DNA from: Octopus vulgaris
Lineage: Eukaryota
Length of the DNA stretch: 64,000 bases
Direction: 5' to 3'
NCBI GenBank assembly: GCA_951406725.2
Contig: OX597815.1
Location: 198,586,001-198,650,000, forward strand
In this document: piece by piece, positions 13,837-26,692 of the stretch
How the letters are laid out: each line of letters begins with the position of its first letter
How positions within the stretch are numbered: the first letter of the stretch is position 1
Program-made: the position numbers and the translations under genes
Notes under the pieces: model-generated
What the model was told of the DNA's origin: nothing
Seen by the model: only the letters and a program-made list of their open reading frames with translations
Databases searched by the model: none

Positions 13837-14005
13837 TAAGAAGAAGAAGACGATGAAGGAGAAGAAGGAGAAGGAGAAGAGAAAAGGAAGAAGAAGAAAA
13901 AACGAAGAAGAAGAAGAAGAAGAAGAAAAGGAAGAGAAGAAGAGGAAGAAGAGAAAGAAGAGAAAGGAAAACAAGAAGAAAATGAGGGGGAAAAGATGAA
14001 GAAGA
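13665..14005. repeat. Trinucleotide low-complexity block (TTG, GAT, AAT, GAA)
   Basis: Direct inspection. Confidence 0.9.
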
Positions 14006-14006
14006 A

Positions 14007-14222
14007 TTGTTTCAAATTTTGCCCCAAGAGCAGCAGTTTTGGGGAAGAGTATTAGTCGATTGCATCGATCTCAGTGTTCAACTTGTATTTATTTTATCGA
14101 CCCCGAAAGGATGAACGGCAAAGTCGACCTCGTTGCAATTTGTAGTCAGAACGTAGCGACGGGGGAAACACCGCTAAGAATTTTGACCAGAGTACTAACG
14201 ATTCAGCCAGATCATTGCCTTA
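14007..14222 (-). mobile_element. SINE family A variant (alternative tail), diverged
   Basis: TTTATCGACCCCGAAAGGATGAACGGCAAAGTCGACCTC body in reverse orientation. Confidence 0.75.
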
Positions 14223-14266
14223 AAGATGAAAGGGAAATGCGATCACGGCAGAATTTGTATAATAAC

Positions 14267-14407
14267 TGCTTTCGAACCACATGGTTCCGGGTTCAGTCCC
14301 ACTGCGTAGCACCTCGGGCAAGTGTTTTCTACTATAGTCTCGGGCCGACCAAAGCGTTGTGAGTTAATTTGGTAGACGGAATCTGAAAGAAGCCCGTCGT
14401 ATATATG

Positions 14408-14469
<62 letters not shown>

Positions 14470-14668
14470 TGTGTCTGTCTTTGTCCCCCCAACATCGCTT
14501 GACAACCGATCCTGCTGTGTTTACGTCCCCGTAACCTAGCGGTTCGACAAAAGATGCCGATAGAATAAGTACTAGGCTTACAAAGAATAAGTCCTGGGGT
14601 CGATTTGCTCGACTAAAGGCTGTGCTCCAGCATGGCCACAGTCACACGACTGAAACATAGAAGAGTAA
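14267..14668 (+). mobile_element. SINE family B, near full length with internal (TA)n(TG)n
   Basis: AACCACATGGTTCCGGGTTCAGTCCC...GAAGCCCGTCGT-(TA)n(TG)n-CATCGCTTGACAACCGAT...GCTCCAGCATGGCC...GACTGAAAC. Confidence 0.9.
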
Positions 14669-14889
14669 CAACAATAATAATAATAATAGTCCTGTTTAAC
14701 GAGTAGGATCTGATATTTAGGCTTTATTGGCATTGTTCCTACACATGATGTCTCGATGGAAACATTGGGGATTGCACAAAGTTACAAAACCAATAACCTT
14801 AAAAATTAGTGTAACGCAAAAAGAAAACCTTTTAATATTTTCGAGACTGATATCAGAAACAACGATGTGGGTGCCGTACCTGCAAGCAG

Positions 14890-15397
14890 CAGTGCGTAAT
14901 GACATGCATAAGATCTTGTCACCAAATCTAAGTAGAGACTTCAAACTTGAAATCTTCAAAGTCACAGTCGAACCAATTCTACTATATGGCTCAGAAACCT
15001 GGACGTTATCAAAGAAGCTTGAGAGGTGGTTGGATGGAACCTACACTCGCCTCCTTATGAGAGCTCAAAATCTCTCGTGGAAGCGTCATCCAACCAAAAT
15101 GCAAATATATGGGAATCTACCGCCTGTGTCATCTCTTGTGAAAGGTAGGAGAGTCCAGTTTGCTGGGCATTTTTGTAGAGCTGAAAACGAGGCAATTTCT
15201 ACTCTTCTCCTCTGGAAGCCATCTACTCGCAATACCAGATGGCGCACACTCTCCTACCCTGATGTAATCTCCAGGGATACAGGTATCCAGCAACAGGACC
15301 TCCGTAATGCTATGATGGACCGTGAAGTCTGGCGTAGCATGGTAAATTCCATCGTCTTGACCACGGTCGAACAATGATGAGGATGATGATGATGATG
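14890..15397 (+). mobile_element. RTE-clade LINE 3' end (5'-truncated)
   Basis: ORF 14727-15377 contains VEPILLYGSETWTLSK, RRVQFAGHFCR and AMMDREVWRSMV, typical of RTE C-termini; stop followed by a (TGA)n tail. Confidence 0.85.
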
Positions 15398-15399
15398 CG

Positions 15400-15640
15400 G
15401 AAATACAGAATACTACTTGAAAGCAATGAACTCACTGGAGAAAACAAATAAACGCGCTGCTACTTAAGTGCAGTAACCTGAGGAAATCATGATGGAGAGG
15501 TTTCAGGAAAATAATAAGTACCCTGCAGGTCATCGGAGTATTTGTGTTACCCGAGCCAAATTTAGGAGGTCAGGCATTTGCAATAAAGAGCAATGGATGG
15601 CTTTCCAAAGTAGAACTTGAAGTAATCAGGAAAGCGTTAG
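15400..15640 (+). mobile_element. R4/Dong-like non-LTR retrotransposon N-terminal fragment, decayed
   Basis: Peptides RCYLSA, RGFRK and EPNLGGQAFAIKSNGWLSKVELEVIRK resemble the EQRLADQ..I....WLS..ELE N-terminal motif of R4/Dong-type ORFs. Confidence 0.55.
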
Positions 15641-15764
15641 CAAGCTGTAGAATTGACATTGTCTCTGGTGAATTAAAAATTAATGCTAACGGTATTGCAC
15701 AAACTATGGTGATCAAACCACAAAGACAAAAAGGAACTGGTCGGTGTAAGGTCAGTTATAATGC

Positions 15765-17010
15765 TTTCGTGTTCGATCTAATGAAAGGATTTTAATTGAT
15801 CTAAATTTGTGTCACGTCTGGTTTCTCACGCATCGTTTATATGATGTTTCAGATGAGATGAAGGTTATCGCGGGTAGATTTGTTTGCAAAGACAGCGCTT
15901 GTACGCCACTCCAATGAGCTCTTCAATGATATGTACAAACGTTTTATCTAAAATCTTGACCAAACTAATGAAATCTACTTATACCAATATATGGACAGAA
16001 AATTATCGATATTTACCCTCTTCTCTGGATCATTTCTCAGCAAAACCCACACTCCACGAAGCACGGGGCTTGAATTTTTCCTATTTGTGCAGTTTGATAT
16101 CGTAGATATCAGACGAGCAGTTTCCAAATAAATTCGGCGTATAAAATGTAAAGCTCAATAGGCAGGTCATCTAAACCCGACGATTTGCTCACGTAGAGCC
16201 AAATTCACTTCCGATCTGCTGTCGTGACAGGTTCATTCTATGACTGCGACCAGCATACCGAGACGCGCGGCAGGCCGTAGAGATAGGCACTAATATTCTT
16301 ACATTCAGTCTCTCGAATTCACGAAAACTCCAGCCGGTGTGTGCTGGAATTTGATCACATCTGCTCGAGTTTGAGTTACATTCACCCATTGATGCCCGTC
16401 AAAATACGGTCGTGTCATTGTGTTACGCCACCGCGTCTCGGGACTCATCGTACAACTTTCCTCCATTCATGCTTAACAGCAAGCATCTTAGCTCCGAAAA
16501 TGCTTCGTGTTAGTCTTGGAGAACTGAACAAAGGCCACTTTCGGTGCGATACTTTGGTTGCAATGCCTTTCCACGGTGCCACCGCTACGATTTTAAAGAT
16601 GTCGCTTTCTACTTCTATCATTATAATCTTACTAAGCTTCATCGATTCTACTCTAATAACCCTATTTAAGGAGAACCTTCATTTTGTGTTAAGAACTGCA
16701 CCTGTCAACGACCGGCTAATTAATTTGCTAAGTAATTTCCTAATCCGGTTTCTGTAAGCAGGGCGCACGGAAAATAAAGCGTCCAGCTTTCAGTAAGTAG
16801 ATCTCTGCCTATAAAACCTATCGCCCTCAGATCACACGCTTTTGTTTCGTGCAGTTAACTATTTCATATTATAAACAAAATATGCTATCCTTGGATTCCT
16901 GAAATTTCTATCTGGATACGATCTGCAAGAAAGGATGCGGTTTTTCCTTCCACACATTGGCATATTCGAGAAATACAGTCGGTACTTGTTAGAAAAGGTT
17001 GACCCATCTG
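15765..17010 (-). mobile_element. Tx1/L1-clade LINE ORF2 fragment (endonuclease end to RT), heavily decayed
   Basis: Minus-strand motifs in the expected order across frameshifts: RSYPDR, Y*KLDA, SKSSGLDDLPIELY (cf. KSPGLDGLP.E.Y), GVWVLLRK, IDNF, RDNLHLI, NLDQLKSFH*IEH (cf. LDQ.KAFDRVDH). Confidence 0.8.
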
Positions 17011-17619
17011 AGGTAACATTTTAACAGCTCACTAACAGGAAGGAGTTGGACAATCTGAGGGCAACCTCTTGGCAGCTCCTCATGTCTAGGACCAGCAGCT
17101 TATCTTTCCTCTGAAGTCTTTTGCTCCTTTGGGGTACTTATTTTTCATGATATAGTGTGTATGCAGAAATGGGATTAATTAATGTAATGAAGTTATTATG
17201 CGTGAAGCTTGTATTTTGATGTATGTCATCCATTACATTTTTATATTACTTATATTCATGGCGGTATAATTAATGATTCATGCTTTATCCGTGTTGCGGT
17301 ATGTTATCTGACTGATAATGTATGTGAATAGGATATGCGCTTTTGCTTGTAATGGTAGAGTTTGTCATAGTCGTGAAATATTTAATGGAACTGATAGTGC
17401 TTGTGTAGCGGTTGCCGGGTTGGTATTCGTCAATGGTTGCTCAAGCATCTCACCTGTTTGTTCCTACCTGTCATTTTTGTGCTGCTTGTTTCCCTCTTTT
17501 CTCGCATGGGTAACTTTTTACCTGTTCACAGTCACCTTCACCGCCATGACATGTCTAAGTGGTCCGAAATAAATGGACATGCATTAGGATGTTATTGACA
17601 TTTTGGTAATTGTTATTTT

Positions 17620-17775
17620 GGAGGCGAAATGGCCCAGTGCTTAGGAGAGCGAACTCGCGGTCGGAGGATCGCGGTTTCGATTCACAGACTGGGCATTGTG
17701 TGTGTGTTTATTGAGCGAAAACACGTAAAAGTTCCACGAGGCTCCGGCAGGCGGGGTGGCGACCCCTGTTGTATA
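17620..17775 (+). mobile_element. tRNA-derived SINE family D, 5' part
   Basis: GGAGGCGAAATGGCCCAGTG (A box)...GGTTTCGATTC (B box)...TTTATTGAGCGAAAACAC. Confidence 0.7.
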
Positions 17776-17780
17776 AAAAA

Positions 17781-18170
17781 AGGCGGCGAGCTGGCAGAAA
17801 CGTTAGCACGCCGGGCGAAATGCTTAGCGGTATTTCGTCTGCGTTACGTTGTGAGTTCAAATTCCGCCGAGGTCGACTTTGCCTTTCATCCATTAGGGGT
17901 CGATAAATTAAGTACAAGTTACGCACTGGGGTCGATGTAATCGACTTAATACCTATGTCTGTCCTTGTTTGTCCACTCTGTGTTTAGCCCCTTGTGGGTA
18001 ATAAAGAAATAGGTATTTCGTCCGCCGCTGCGTTCTGAGTTCAAATTCCGCCGAGGTCGACTTTGCCTTTTTATCCTTTCGGGGTCAATAAATTAAGTAA
18101 TCGACTTAATCCCTTTGTCTGTCCTTGTTTGTCTTCTGTGTTTATCCCCATGTGGGTAGTAAGGAAATAG
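17781..18170 (+). mobile_element. SINE family A, full unit plus second headless unit
   Basis: Complete head, GCCTTTCATCC...GGGGTCGATAAATTAAGTAC body and GGGTAATAAAGAAATA tail, then restart at GGTATTTCGTC. Confidence 0.9.
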
Positions 18171-18689
18171 GTAATTGTTATTTTGGGAATCCAGTTTATT
18201 CACTGTTGGTGGTGATTCGATCACTCTTGATGGTCGTATTTCTCTTGTTGCTTTTGTTTCCACACTTTGTGCCTTAAATACTTCAAGCGTTGCTCCCAAG
18301 TTTGTCGCTGATATTGCAACCATTGTTGTTGCAACTGCACGCAGTTCTTGCAGCTGCTGTTGTTATTAGTTTTGGAGTGGTAATGAAGTTATAGTAGTAT
18401 AGTGTGGTAGGTGGTTGCAACCAAAGAAGGATTTTAACTTCAAAATATCTTTCAGTCATCCACTCTTGCTGGGTGGTCGAGAGCATGACAATTCTTTCGA
18501 TACTTTCACTAGTTTAAAAAAAAAATTCTTTTAAAATAGTTCGCCCAGTGATGTGACTAACAAAAGCAGACAATTAATTTCTTGTGGTTCTGGTCATTTA
18601 AGAAACAAGCTAGGAGCAAATAAAAAATTAACTAGAGTGCTGAAAAGGAGAACAAGTCACAGAGGGACGAAACTTATATAACAAATTTA

Positions 18690-19830
18690 GATTCAGCGAT
18701 AAACGAGGGCAACAGTAGTAATAAAAATCAAATGCAGTATCACAGTCAAACAAAATCCAATAAGAAGTACCTTTCAAAAGACACCCAAGTCTGCTTGGAA
18801 TCGAGTTGCATGCGCCCCTCTCGATCCAGCAAAGACTAAATTGTAGCCGTGTTTCAGCCACTCGATCTATTGAAGAGATTTCGTTCCTCTATTCCTTAGA
18901 GCATGTGTCGTGAGTCAGACCACTAATCTTTGGTTCTTAACATTGAAGAACTGGTCAAGGGTCAGTCACAGTACCATTATGTGAGTTGCAATGCCTTTTG
19001 TAAGCGCTTCATCTAGATTACTAATTAGGTCAAACCCTCTACTTTTGAATTCTTTATAACTATTTGCTAACTAAACCTCATATATTCTAACCGAACAGCC
19101 ATTTTAAGGGCAAGCCGACATCGGTTGTTGACGATTTTTCCCATCACGTCTTAAGTAGTTCTCCAATCTAATCTCTATAAACTTGGCAGGCTCTTTCTCG
19201 AAGCATCCTATCTACGTCGATTATCGATATCACAAATAATGTGCTCTCTGTAGGCAACCATTTTGAATATCAGCAAATGATATCCCTGTCTGCTTCCCTA
19301 GAGAATTTTTTGTCTGGATTACACGATGGACTTCACTGATGTCTCCATTGTACTTGTCAGATAGTTGGATACGAATATGGTTTGCACGGTGTTTACATAC
19401 CCATCTCGTATCAGATATCCCCACAAGATCCAGTGGTGCATCGCTGATTGCTTTCCAATGGCTCATTAGCATAAATAGGGGAATACTCCAAGGAAATCTT
19501 CCAAGCACTTCAAAACTCCGCCCCAGTTAGGACATACACGGCGTCTATTCTACACTCACCACATTCGATATTCTTCACAATCAGGAACATCTACTTACCG
19601 TGTATGTTCAAGAATATCATCTGTATCTCGAGGCTCAGGTGCATCTGAAGCGGCACCGCCATCCCGTCCCATTTTGGCATAATTAAGAAATAAGAAAATT
19701 CTGAAATTTGCCGTAAATTGCTAAGGCGCAAGCGTCGAAAATCCTAGATTCGCTGATTATTACATCTCAACTTAAGGACCTTATTTACTGAGTCGGTGAA
19801 CTTGCTTCCAAGTAATTCCCGCCAATGATT
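18690..19830 (-). mobile_element. Second Tx1/L1-clade LINE ORF2 fragment (APE endonuclease and linker), decayed
   Basis: Minus-strand DVIISESR, RIDAVYV, LMSHWKAISDAPLD (cf. L.GDWNA..D..LD), QLSDKY, VNNRCRLALK, LDQFFNVK; overlaps in homology with the 15765-17010 fragment. Confidence 0.7.
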
Positions 19831-19899
19831 TTTATTTTCTAACTTATATACGTATGATTAGCTTATCCATTATTCCTTTCAACTCTAATATTCCGTAAG

Positions 19900-20100
19900 G
19901 CTGAGAGCTGGCAGAATCTTTAGCATGCCGTTCTAATGCCTAGCAGTATCTTGCCCATCTTTACAGTCTAAGTTCAAATTTTGCCCAGATCAACTTTGCT
20001 TTGTAACCTTTCGCAATCGATGTTGAGGTATGGAATCGATGCGAGCCACTAACCCCTCTCCGATATTGCTTGCCTTGTGCCAAAAATTTCAAGCCAATAT
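19900..20100 (+). mobile_element. Old diverged SINE family A copy (alternative tail)
   Basis: GAGCTGGCAGAATCTTTAGCA...AGTTCAAATT...CCTTGTGCCAAAAATTTC. Confidence 0.65.
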
Positions 20101-21062
20101 TGTTAGCCCAAGGTCAAACATTCTATGAAGAGAGGAAACAATCAATCTCCCTGTATGAATGCTACATTATTTCGTCGTCCCCAGATAGATGAAATGTTAA
20201 CACAAACTCGGTGGTATTTGAACTCACAATGAAAAATGTTCTGATGAGAGCAACATATTTTATTAACAGATCCTCCTGTTAATTTAATAGAAACTGTCAA
20301 GCCCTAATTCTGTCGACTGCAGGAAGAGCAAAACACAACTTTGACCCCATTGACTCAGGGTTTCATTAAACAGTGTAACGTGTAAGGGATGAATTATAAC
20401 ATGTCAATTTAACATGTTGAGCACTCGAAATACACTGACATCCACCATCACCACCATCTTCATTTGCTTCTTCCTTTTCCTTTTTCTTTCTACTCTTCCT
20501 TCTACTTCTTCTTTGTTGTCGTTCACCCTTCATCTCTCCCACCTCCTTCTTCCAACTGCAACTTCTACATAATCAACCATGTTAGTTTTTTGTTTTTTTT
20601 TATTCATCTTCTTTTCTCTCTTCTCTTTTTCACATTTTCTTCTACTTGTCGTTCGTTTCTTTCTTCTTATTCATTCATTCATTCTTTCATTCATTCAGCT
20701 CTTCTTATCTTCTTCCTTTATCTCTTTTATCAACGTTTGTTCTTTCTTTTCCCTTCCTTCCTCTTCTGTTTCTTCTGCTGCTTCTCCTTCTTCTTCCTCT
20801 TCCCAACCACCTCCTCCTCCACCCCCTTGCGGTTGCTACTACTCTATCAAGGCGCTGGGATTCATGATAACGTTAATAGCGATAGAGCTGATGCTGATGA
20901 TAATGATGATATCAGAAAACATGGCGGTAATGCTACAAATGGTTGAAGCAGTGGTGACATTGACTGGCTTTATACGACTACTACACACGCAGTTTGCAAT
21001 ATGCTTGCTGATGTTCTTAGTGACGTCGTTACTTCACTGTTGCACTTAGCTTGCACATACTA

Positions 21063-21063
21063 C

Positions 21064-21095
<32 letters not shown>

Positions 21096-21247
21096 ATAAT
21101 GACTAATGATGATGATGATGATGTTGATAATGATGATGATGATGATGATGATGAAGATAATGAATAATGATGATGATGATGATGATGAATGATGATGATG
21201 ATGATGATGATGATGGTGAAGGTGATGAAGATGGTGATGATGATGAA

Positions 21248-21286
<39 letters not shown>

Positions 21287-21700
21287 GATAATTAATAACG
21301 ATGATGATAATGACTACGATGATGATGCTGGATGTTATGGGAATGATGATGATGATGATAATGATGATGGTGATGAGAATGTTGATGAGAATGATGATGA
21401 GGATGAAGTGGAGGAGGAGGAGGTGGGGTACTGAAGTTGGTTGGGATGATGGTGGTGATGATGATGGTGGTGATTATAATCGTGACCATGGTCATAATGA
21501 GGGGGATATGGAGGAGTGGAGGCTGCTGCTGCCGATGACGAAGATGATAGGGATGGCGGGGGTGATGGTGGTGGTGGAGGTGGTGGTGGTGGTGGTGGTG
21601 ACGGTGGTGGTGATAGTTGTGAAGGTACTGGTGTTACTGGTAGAGAGGTTGGATGCGAGAAGATGTGGGAATGGAATTTGTGGTGGTTGTGGTAATTATG
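21063..21700. repeat. (GAT)n/(GGT)n trinucleotide tract
   Basis: Direct inspection. Confidence 0.95.
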
Positions 21701-22462
21701 ACAAATAAAAAAAATCATAAAAAGACGATCGCGTTCTTGATTATAACGATGCTAATAATGATGGTAATGATTATGATGTTGGCTATTATGTGGAGAAGGT
21801 GAGAGCACAAAGTTTGTGTTGTTAATGCTGATGCATCAGTTGTCAATCTAGTATGTTTGTGTTGATAATGTTCTCATATCTGCCTTTTCTGTTCCTGTTG
21901 CTAATGCAAATAGTAACACAGCTGTCGTAATCACTACTATTTCAAACACTGTAATGTAAAAAGAAAGCTGACTCGTAAGAAAATGGTTGTATAAATGTCA
22001 AGTTCCAGCGTCGTCGGGAGAAAATGTAATTGTGTGTTATGCCTTCTGTATGGCATTTGAAGAGCTGATAAGAGCGCCTGTGTGTGGTCAAGAGGCTTGT
22101 GATAACAATCAGGCAACATTTTCTCTGTCCATGTTATTCTAATATATATAAATAAGGAATACACTGATTCAAGAATTTAACGAAGAACTATAGAATTGTT
22201 TTCAAAGCGTGCAGACGTACTCAGGAGTTGAATGAACGGAACCGAAGAAATTCTTCAGAAAGCATCACCCACATATTACGTTTCGATAGCGGTTTCACAG
22301 CAATGTTTAGAAGTATGTTGAAAATATTGTCTGTATGTATGTGTTCTTATCTATGTGTGCTTATCTATGTGTGCGTGTGTGTTATATTGACAGGCAGTAG
22401 GTAAGATGATAGCAGCGTAGAAATACGTATATGCATCTATTAGAGAAAGATAGTGAGAAAGA

Positions 22463-22501
<39 letters not shown>

Positions 22502-22654
22502 AAAGAAATTATTTAAGTGTGTCAAGTAAGGCTGAATAAGCATATGAAATGTATGACTTTGAGACACAAAGAGAAATAAATTTATCCGGTGAATTCAAGC
22601 AAATTAAGTAATTTATGTTTTTGTCTTTCTTATTTTTCTCTCTCTACCTCTTTC

Positions 22655-22691
<37 letters not shown>

Positions 22692-23649
22692 AAGACAGAG
22701 ATGGGGAGAGAGCAAAGAAGATGGGAGATCACCTTTTGTATTGTGAGCCTCAGAGATATAGAGTTTTGTGGAAATTAAACCGATTCTCTTGAGAGTAAAG
22801 TATTAGGATTTATAACCACAGAAAAATTATTCTAGAAGTATCCCGCTGAATTTTAAGGCTAAAACGAAAAGTGCTCCCTTGAGCATTGCAGACATCTCTC
22901 ATATTCGGCATCAAATGTGATGTGTTACGAGATAATTTAGCAGACCTGTTGATTAACGGTGAAGGTTTCTATCTCAAGCTATGTTAATGATTTCCAAATC
23001 TTGGTAATATGAGCAAAATGAAATTTCGATTCGAGAAAGGTTTGTAATAGAATCCAACCTAGAGTGCATTCTCTTACAAATGCTTCCTAAGAGAAAATAA
23101 AACCGAATTGCCAGGCTTGAAAGGACTTCCATGAAAGATCAGCTTGAATAGAACCCATGTGGGCCTTAATAACAAAAACTTCATGAAATATCAGAAACTT
23201 GAAATATTTTTTGTAAATATTTAGTTAATTGGTAGATTGCTTGGGCACCATCAAAATTAAAAAGAATTTTCCTATCATTTTTATCATTCGGATTTTGCTG
23301 ACTTGATATAAGAAAATGTTTTTTAGCATAACTTGAAGATAAATGCGGTCATTTCCGTTTGGTCTAGGTCCTACTGAGCAATATGAACAGACTATAATGT
23401 ATATATTTATTTTTATATTCTTATACTTATAGTCATTCAACTGCACTTATGCTGGGGTACCTCCTTAGAAATTTTGGTCGATCAATACATACGTCAAATC
23501 TGTAAATCACTTATCACAATTTCTGACGAACCATTATTTCGCATGGATATAAAAAATTGCGACTCTGTACGCCACAATGAGAGACGGATCAAAACAATGC
23601 CATATACATTTCTTTACACGCATTTGCATGTATATATGCATACACATCG

Positions 23650-23803
23650 AGCCGGTACATAGTTTCTTGTAGACCAAACTCACTCACAAAGCTTTAGTCG
23701 CGCTATAGCAGTAGACATCTGATTTAGGTGTACTCAGTTCTACTGAACCTGGAAACACGTAGTTGCAAATCAGATTTCTTAACCATACAGCCGTACCTAC
23801 GTC
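23650..23803 (-). mobile_element. Diverged SINE family B head
   Basis: CACTCACAAAGCTTT...GCTATAG...ACTGAACC...AACCATACAGCC pattern. Confidence 0.55.
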
Positions 23804-23821
23804 TATTGTATTTACTTTCAA

Positions 23822-24065
23822 AAGGCGACGAGCTGGCAGAAACGTTAGGACGCCGGGCGAAATGCGTAGACGTATTATAATCGATTTAATCCGTTTGTGT
23901 GTCCTTGTTTGTCCTCCCTCTGTTTAGGCCCTTGTGGGTAGTAAAGAAATAAGTATTTCGTCTGACGTTACGTTCTGAGTTCAAATTCCGCCGATGTAAT
24001 CGACTTAATCCGTTTGTCTGTCCTTGTTTGTCCCTTCTATGTTTAGCCCGTTGTGGGTAGTAAAT
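23822..24065 (+). mobile_element. SINE family A dimer with internal deletions
   Basis: Head at 23822; two TTAATCCGTTTGT...GTGGGTAGTAAA tails. Confidence 0.85.
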
Positions 24066-25933
24066 ATAAATATATTTACTCTCAAACCACTTCATTTAAG
24101 TGTACGTCTTGTATCCTTGGAGCTTCTTTAATAAGCAGTATCATTGCTGTTGTTGTTCTTCTTTTGCCCCATCTTCCTCTGATTGAGGAGCCATATGATC
24201 AACCATTTTCCAACCATGACATTCCAGCTTACAGAGGCATCGTGTACTCGTATGACTGACTATCGCATTATGCAAAGTGTTCTTTTTCTTTTTACTAAAC
24301 GGTTTTAAGACATTTGTAGAAGATCTACCACTTATTTCTAGAAAGCCGAATGTACATAAGACTGAGCCTCCGTTGGGTTATTGGCTATAGGTGTTCCTGT
24401 GAACTGCAACCACAACTGTATTTCTGATGGTCATGTGTTGTCTTTTACTTGTGATTTTCATGTTAAAGAAGATCAGAGGCCTAACTTTAAATTGTGATCC
24501 TTAGACATCTGCAGTGCCAGACCTACCACATTTTGCTACGGTCGTAGCGGCATAAAATTGGGTGGCAGCAGCCAACAATATTCGCCAGAAATATCTGAAA
24601 TGTGTTGATTAATTTTGTTGTGACTCATTCTCTAATAAGTGCGGCTAATTACCGCCTTACACAAACCTTATGAACAGCCATAATAAAACACTGTATCTGT
24701 AAAGCATAGAACATATGGGGAAAGGTTTAGATCCGTTCATATTTGCGCCAACTAACCGTGATCTTGCTACGCTTCCAAGTGCTTGAACTACATGTAAGGT
24801 TAATTTCAAAAGCGACCAGATAACACCATTATCAAAAACTTCTGTATTTTAAACAGAGTTAAGTCAGTTGCCAGCATTAGTACATAGTGAGATTTCCTCC
24901 TCAAACACGTTTTTCCAAGATAAATTGACCTGTAGCTTTTAATGCTATACATAACCTAGAAAATGCAGTATAAGAATCAAGCTAAATTTTCTCTCAAACT
25001 ACGTAGTTCATGTATTACTCATACACTGCGAATTCTGGCCAGGCCAAATGGCATGAAAAGAGATACGCTCCTTCAGGTTAACTTGTACTTGACGCTATAC
25101 ATGAAGATGAATTATTTGGATACATGCCAAATATATATTGAAGGGTACGAGATATTTTCATGTCCATTCACGCAAAACATCTACTCAGTTACACTATATT
25201 TGTTGTTTAAAATATGTAAGTCAGAGAAAGAAGAAGTAGATATGTCAACGAAAATGGTGTAATGGAGGCCAGAAAAAAAGAAGCTATGAGAGAAAATGGA
25301 CAGTTGAAAAGAGGAAAGAGATAAATACTAGCAAGAAGAAAAGAAAAAGAAGAAAGAAAATAACTAACAAAAGATATACAGAAAAATAAAATGAAGTATA
25401 GAAAAGCCAGAAAAAATATGAAACTGAACGAATAAGAGAAAAACAACACAACGAAAGCAGGAAAGAAAGAAACGAAGAAACACAAAGAAAAACGAAAAGA
25501 GCTTGAAAAAGCAAGAACGAAATGTCACTATAAATAAGTTAACACCAAAAAAAAAAAAAATGCGGGGTGGGGTTAGAGAAGCTGAGTAATAAAATATTTA
25601 AGCAACATAAAAAAAAAAGGATGTTAGTGTCGTATAGCCCCGAGATCAAACCTGACTGAGAAGACCTAAGTTCGTAATGTCTGCCAACTAACTTCCCGCC
25701 ATATTTTTTCAAGTTATTTCTCCATTGCTATAATCCAAACAGAGGTATATCAGTACTCAGATGATAAGGCGAATGAAGTGTTCGAGATTGGCTTCAGTAA
25801 AAACAAGATGTGTTGTATAAGACGATCATAAAGGAGCGCGGAGCAAAACCGAGATATTGCAAATTATCGGAGAGACATTTAAATACCTTTAAATACCAAC
25901 AAATCTATGAATATTCTATCTTCCTTTTTTTTT

Positions 25934-25934
<1 letters not shown>

Positions 25935-25978
<44 letters not shown>

Positions 25979-26300
25979 GTCACTACATATATACATACAT
26001 ACACACAAGTGCACACACACACACATATATATATATATATACACAAATGTGAATATCTACATACATGTATATATATATATATCTACATACATACAGATAT
26101 ACATATATACATACATATAAATACACAAATATATATATATATATATATACATAAATATATATATACGCATACATATCTACACACATTCATATGTATCTAC
26201 ATGCATACATACATGAATACATACATGCATACATATATACACACATACATGCATACATACATACATACATACTTACATACATACATACATACATATATAC
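25935..26300. repeat. (CT)n(TA)n(TACA)n microsatellite
   Basis: Direct inspection. Confidence 0.9.
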
Positions 26301-26309
26301 ATTTACTTA

Positions 26310-26692
26310 TCTCTCTTTATATAAATGGCAGTTTGTCTGTGCGTGTTTCTGTGTGTCTGTTTGCTTGTACCCTCACCCTGACCACGGCTTTCAACCGATT
26401 CTGATGAAACTTGACACACACATAGCCCAATGTCATAATTCAAAACTAACGCAGCGAAAATTTTGAAAAGTTCACCCAGTTCTGAAAAAAATCGATAAAT
26501 TCGACATGGGGTCGAGAATCAGAAACACAAACCACAAACTGTCTAGGGAACGCAACTCCACCTTTTTTTACTCTCAAAAAAATTTACCATCATTTTTTTC
26601 CCTTTTTTTTCTATTTTGTGGCTATAACTCTCTAGAAATGCTTTATAGTTACTTCCCTTACAAACCTGAGCAACGCCGGGCGATACTGCTAG
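26310..26692 (+). mobile_element. Non-autonomous Helitron
   Basis: 5' TC after A; 3' CTAG before T; subterminal hairpin CCTGAGCAACGCCGGG; 3' end shared with 61054-61454. Confidence 0.8.

Noticed and set aside
14727-15377. 216-aa ORF as a host gene
   Set aside because: It is the C-terminus of an RTE LINE ORF, extended upstream by chance.
17620-17695. tRNA genes at the A/B-box motifs (also ~2600-2679, 50170-50250, 55252-55320)
   Set aside because: These are tRNA-derived SINE heads continuing into SINE bodies; no proper cloverleaf was evident.
24390-25000. Possible decayed LINE or exon in moderately complex sequence (also 22740-23470 and 62975-63330)
   Set aside because: I could not read any convincing protein motif or splice pattern by eye; a translated database search is needed.
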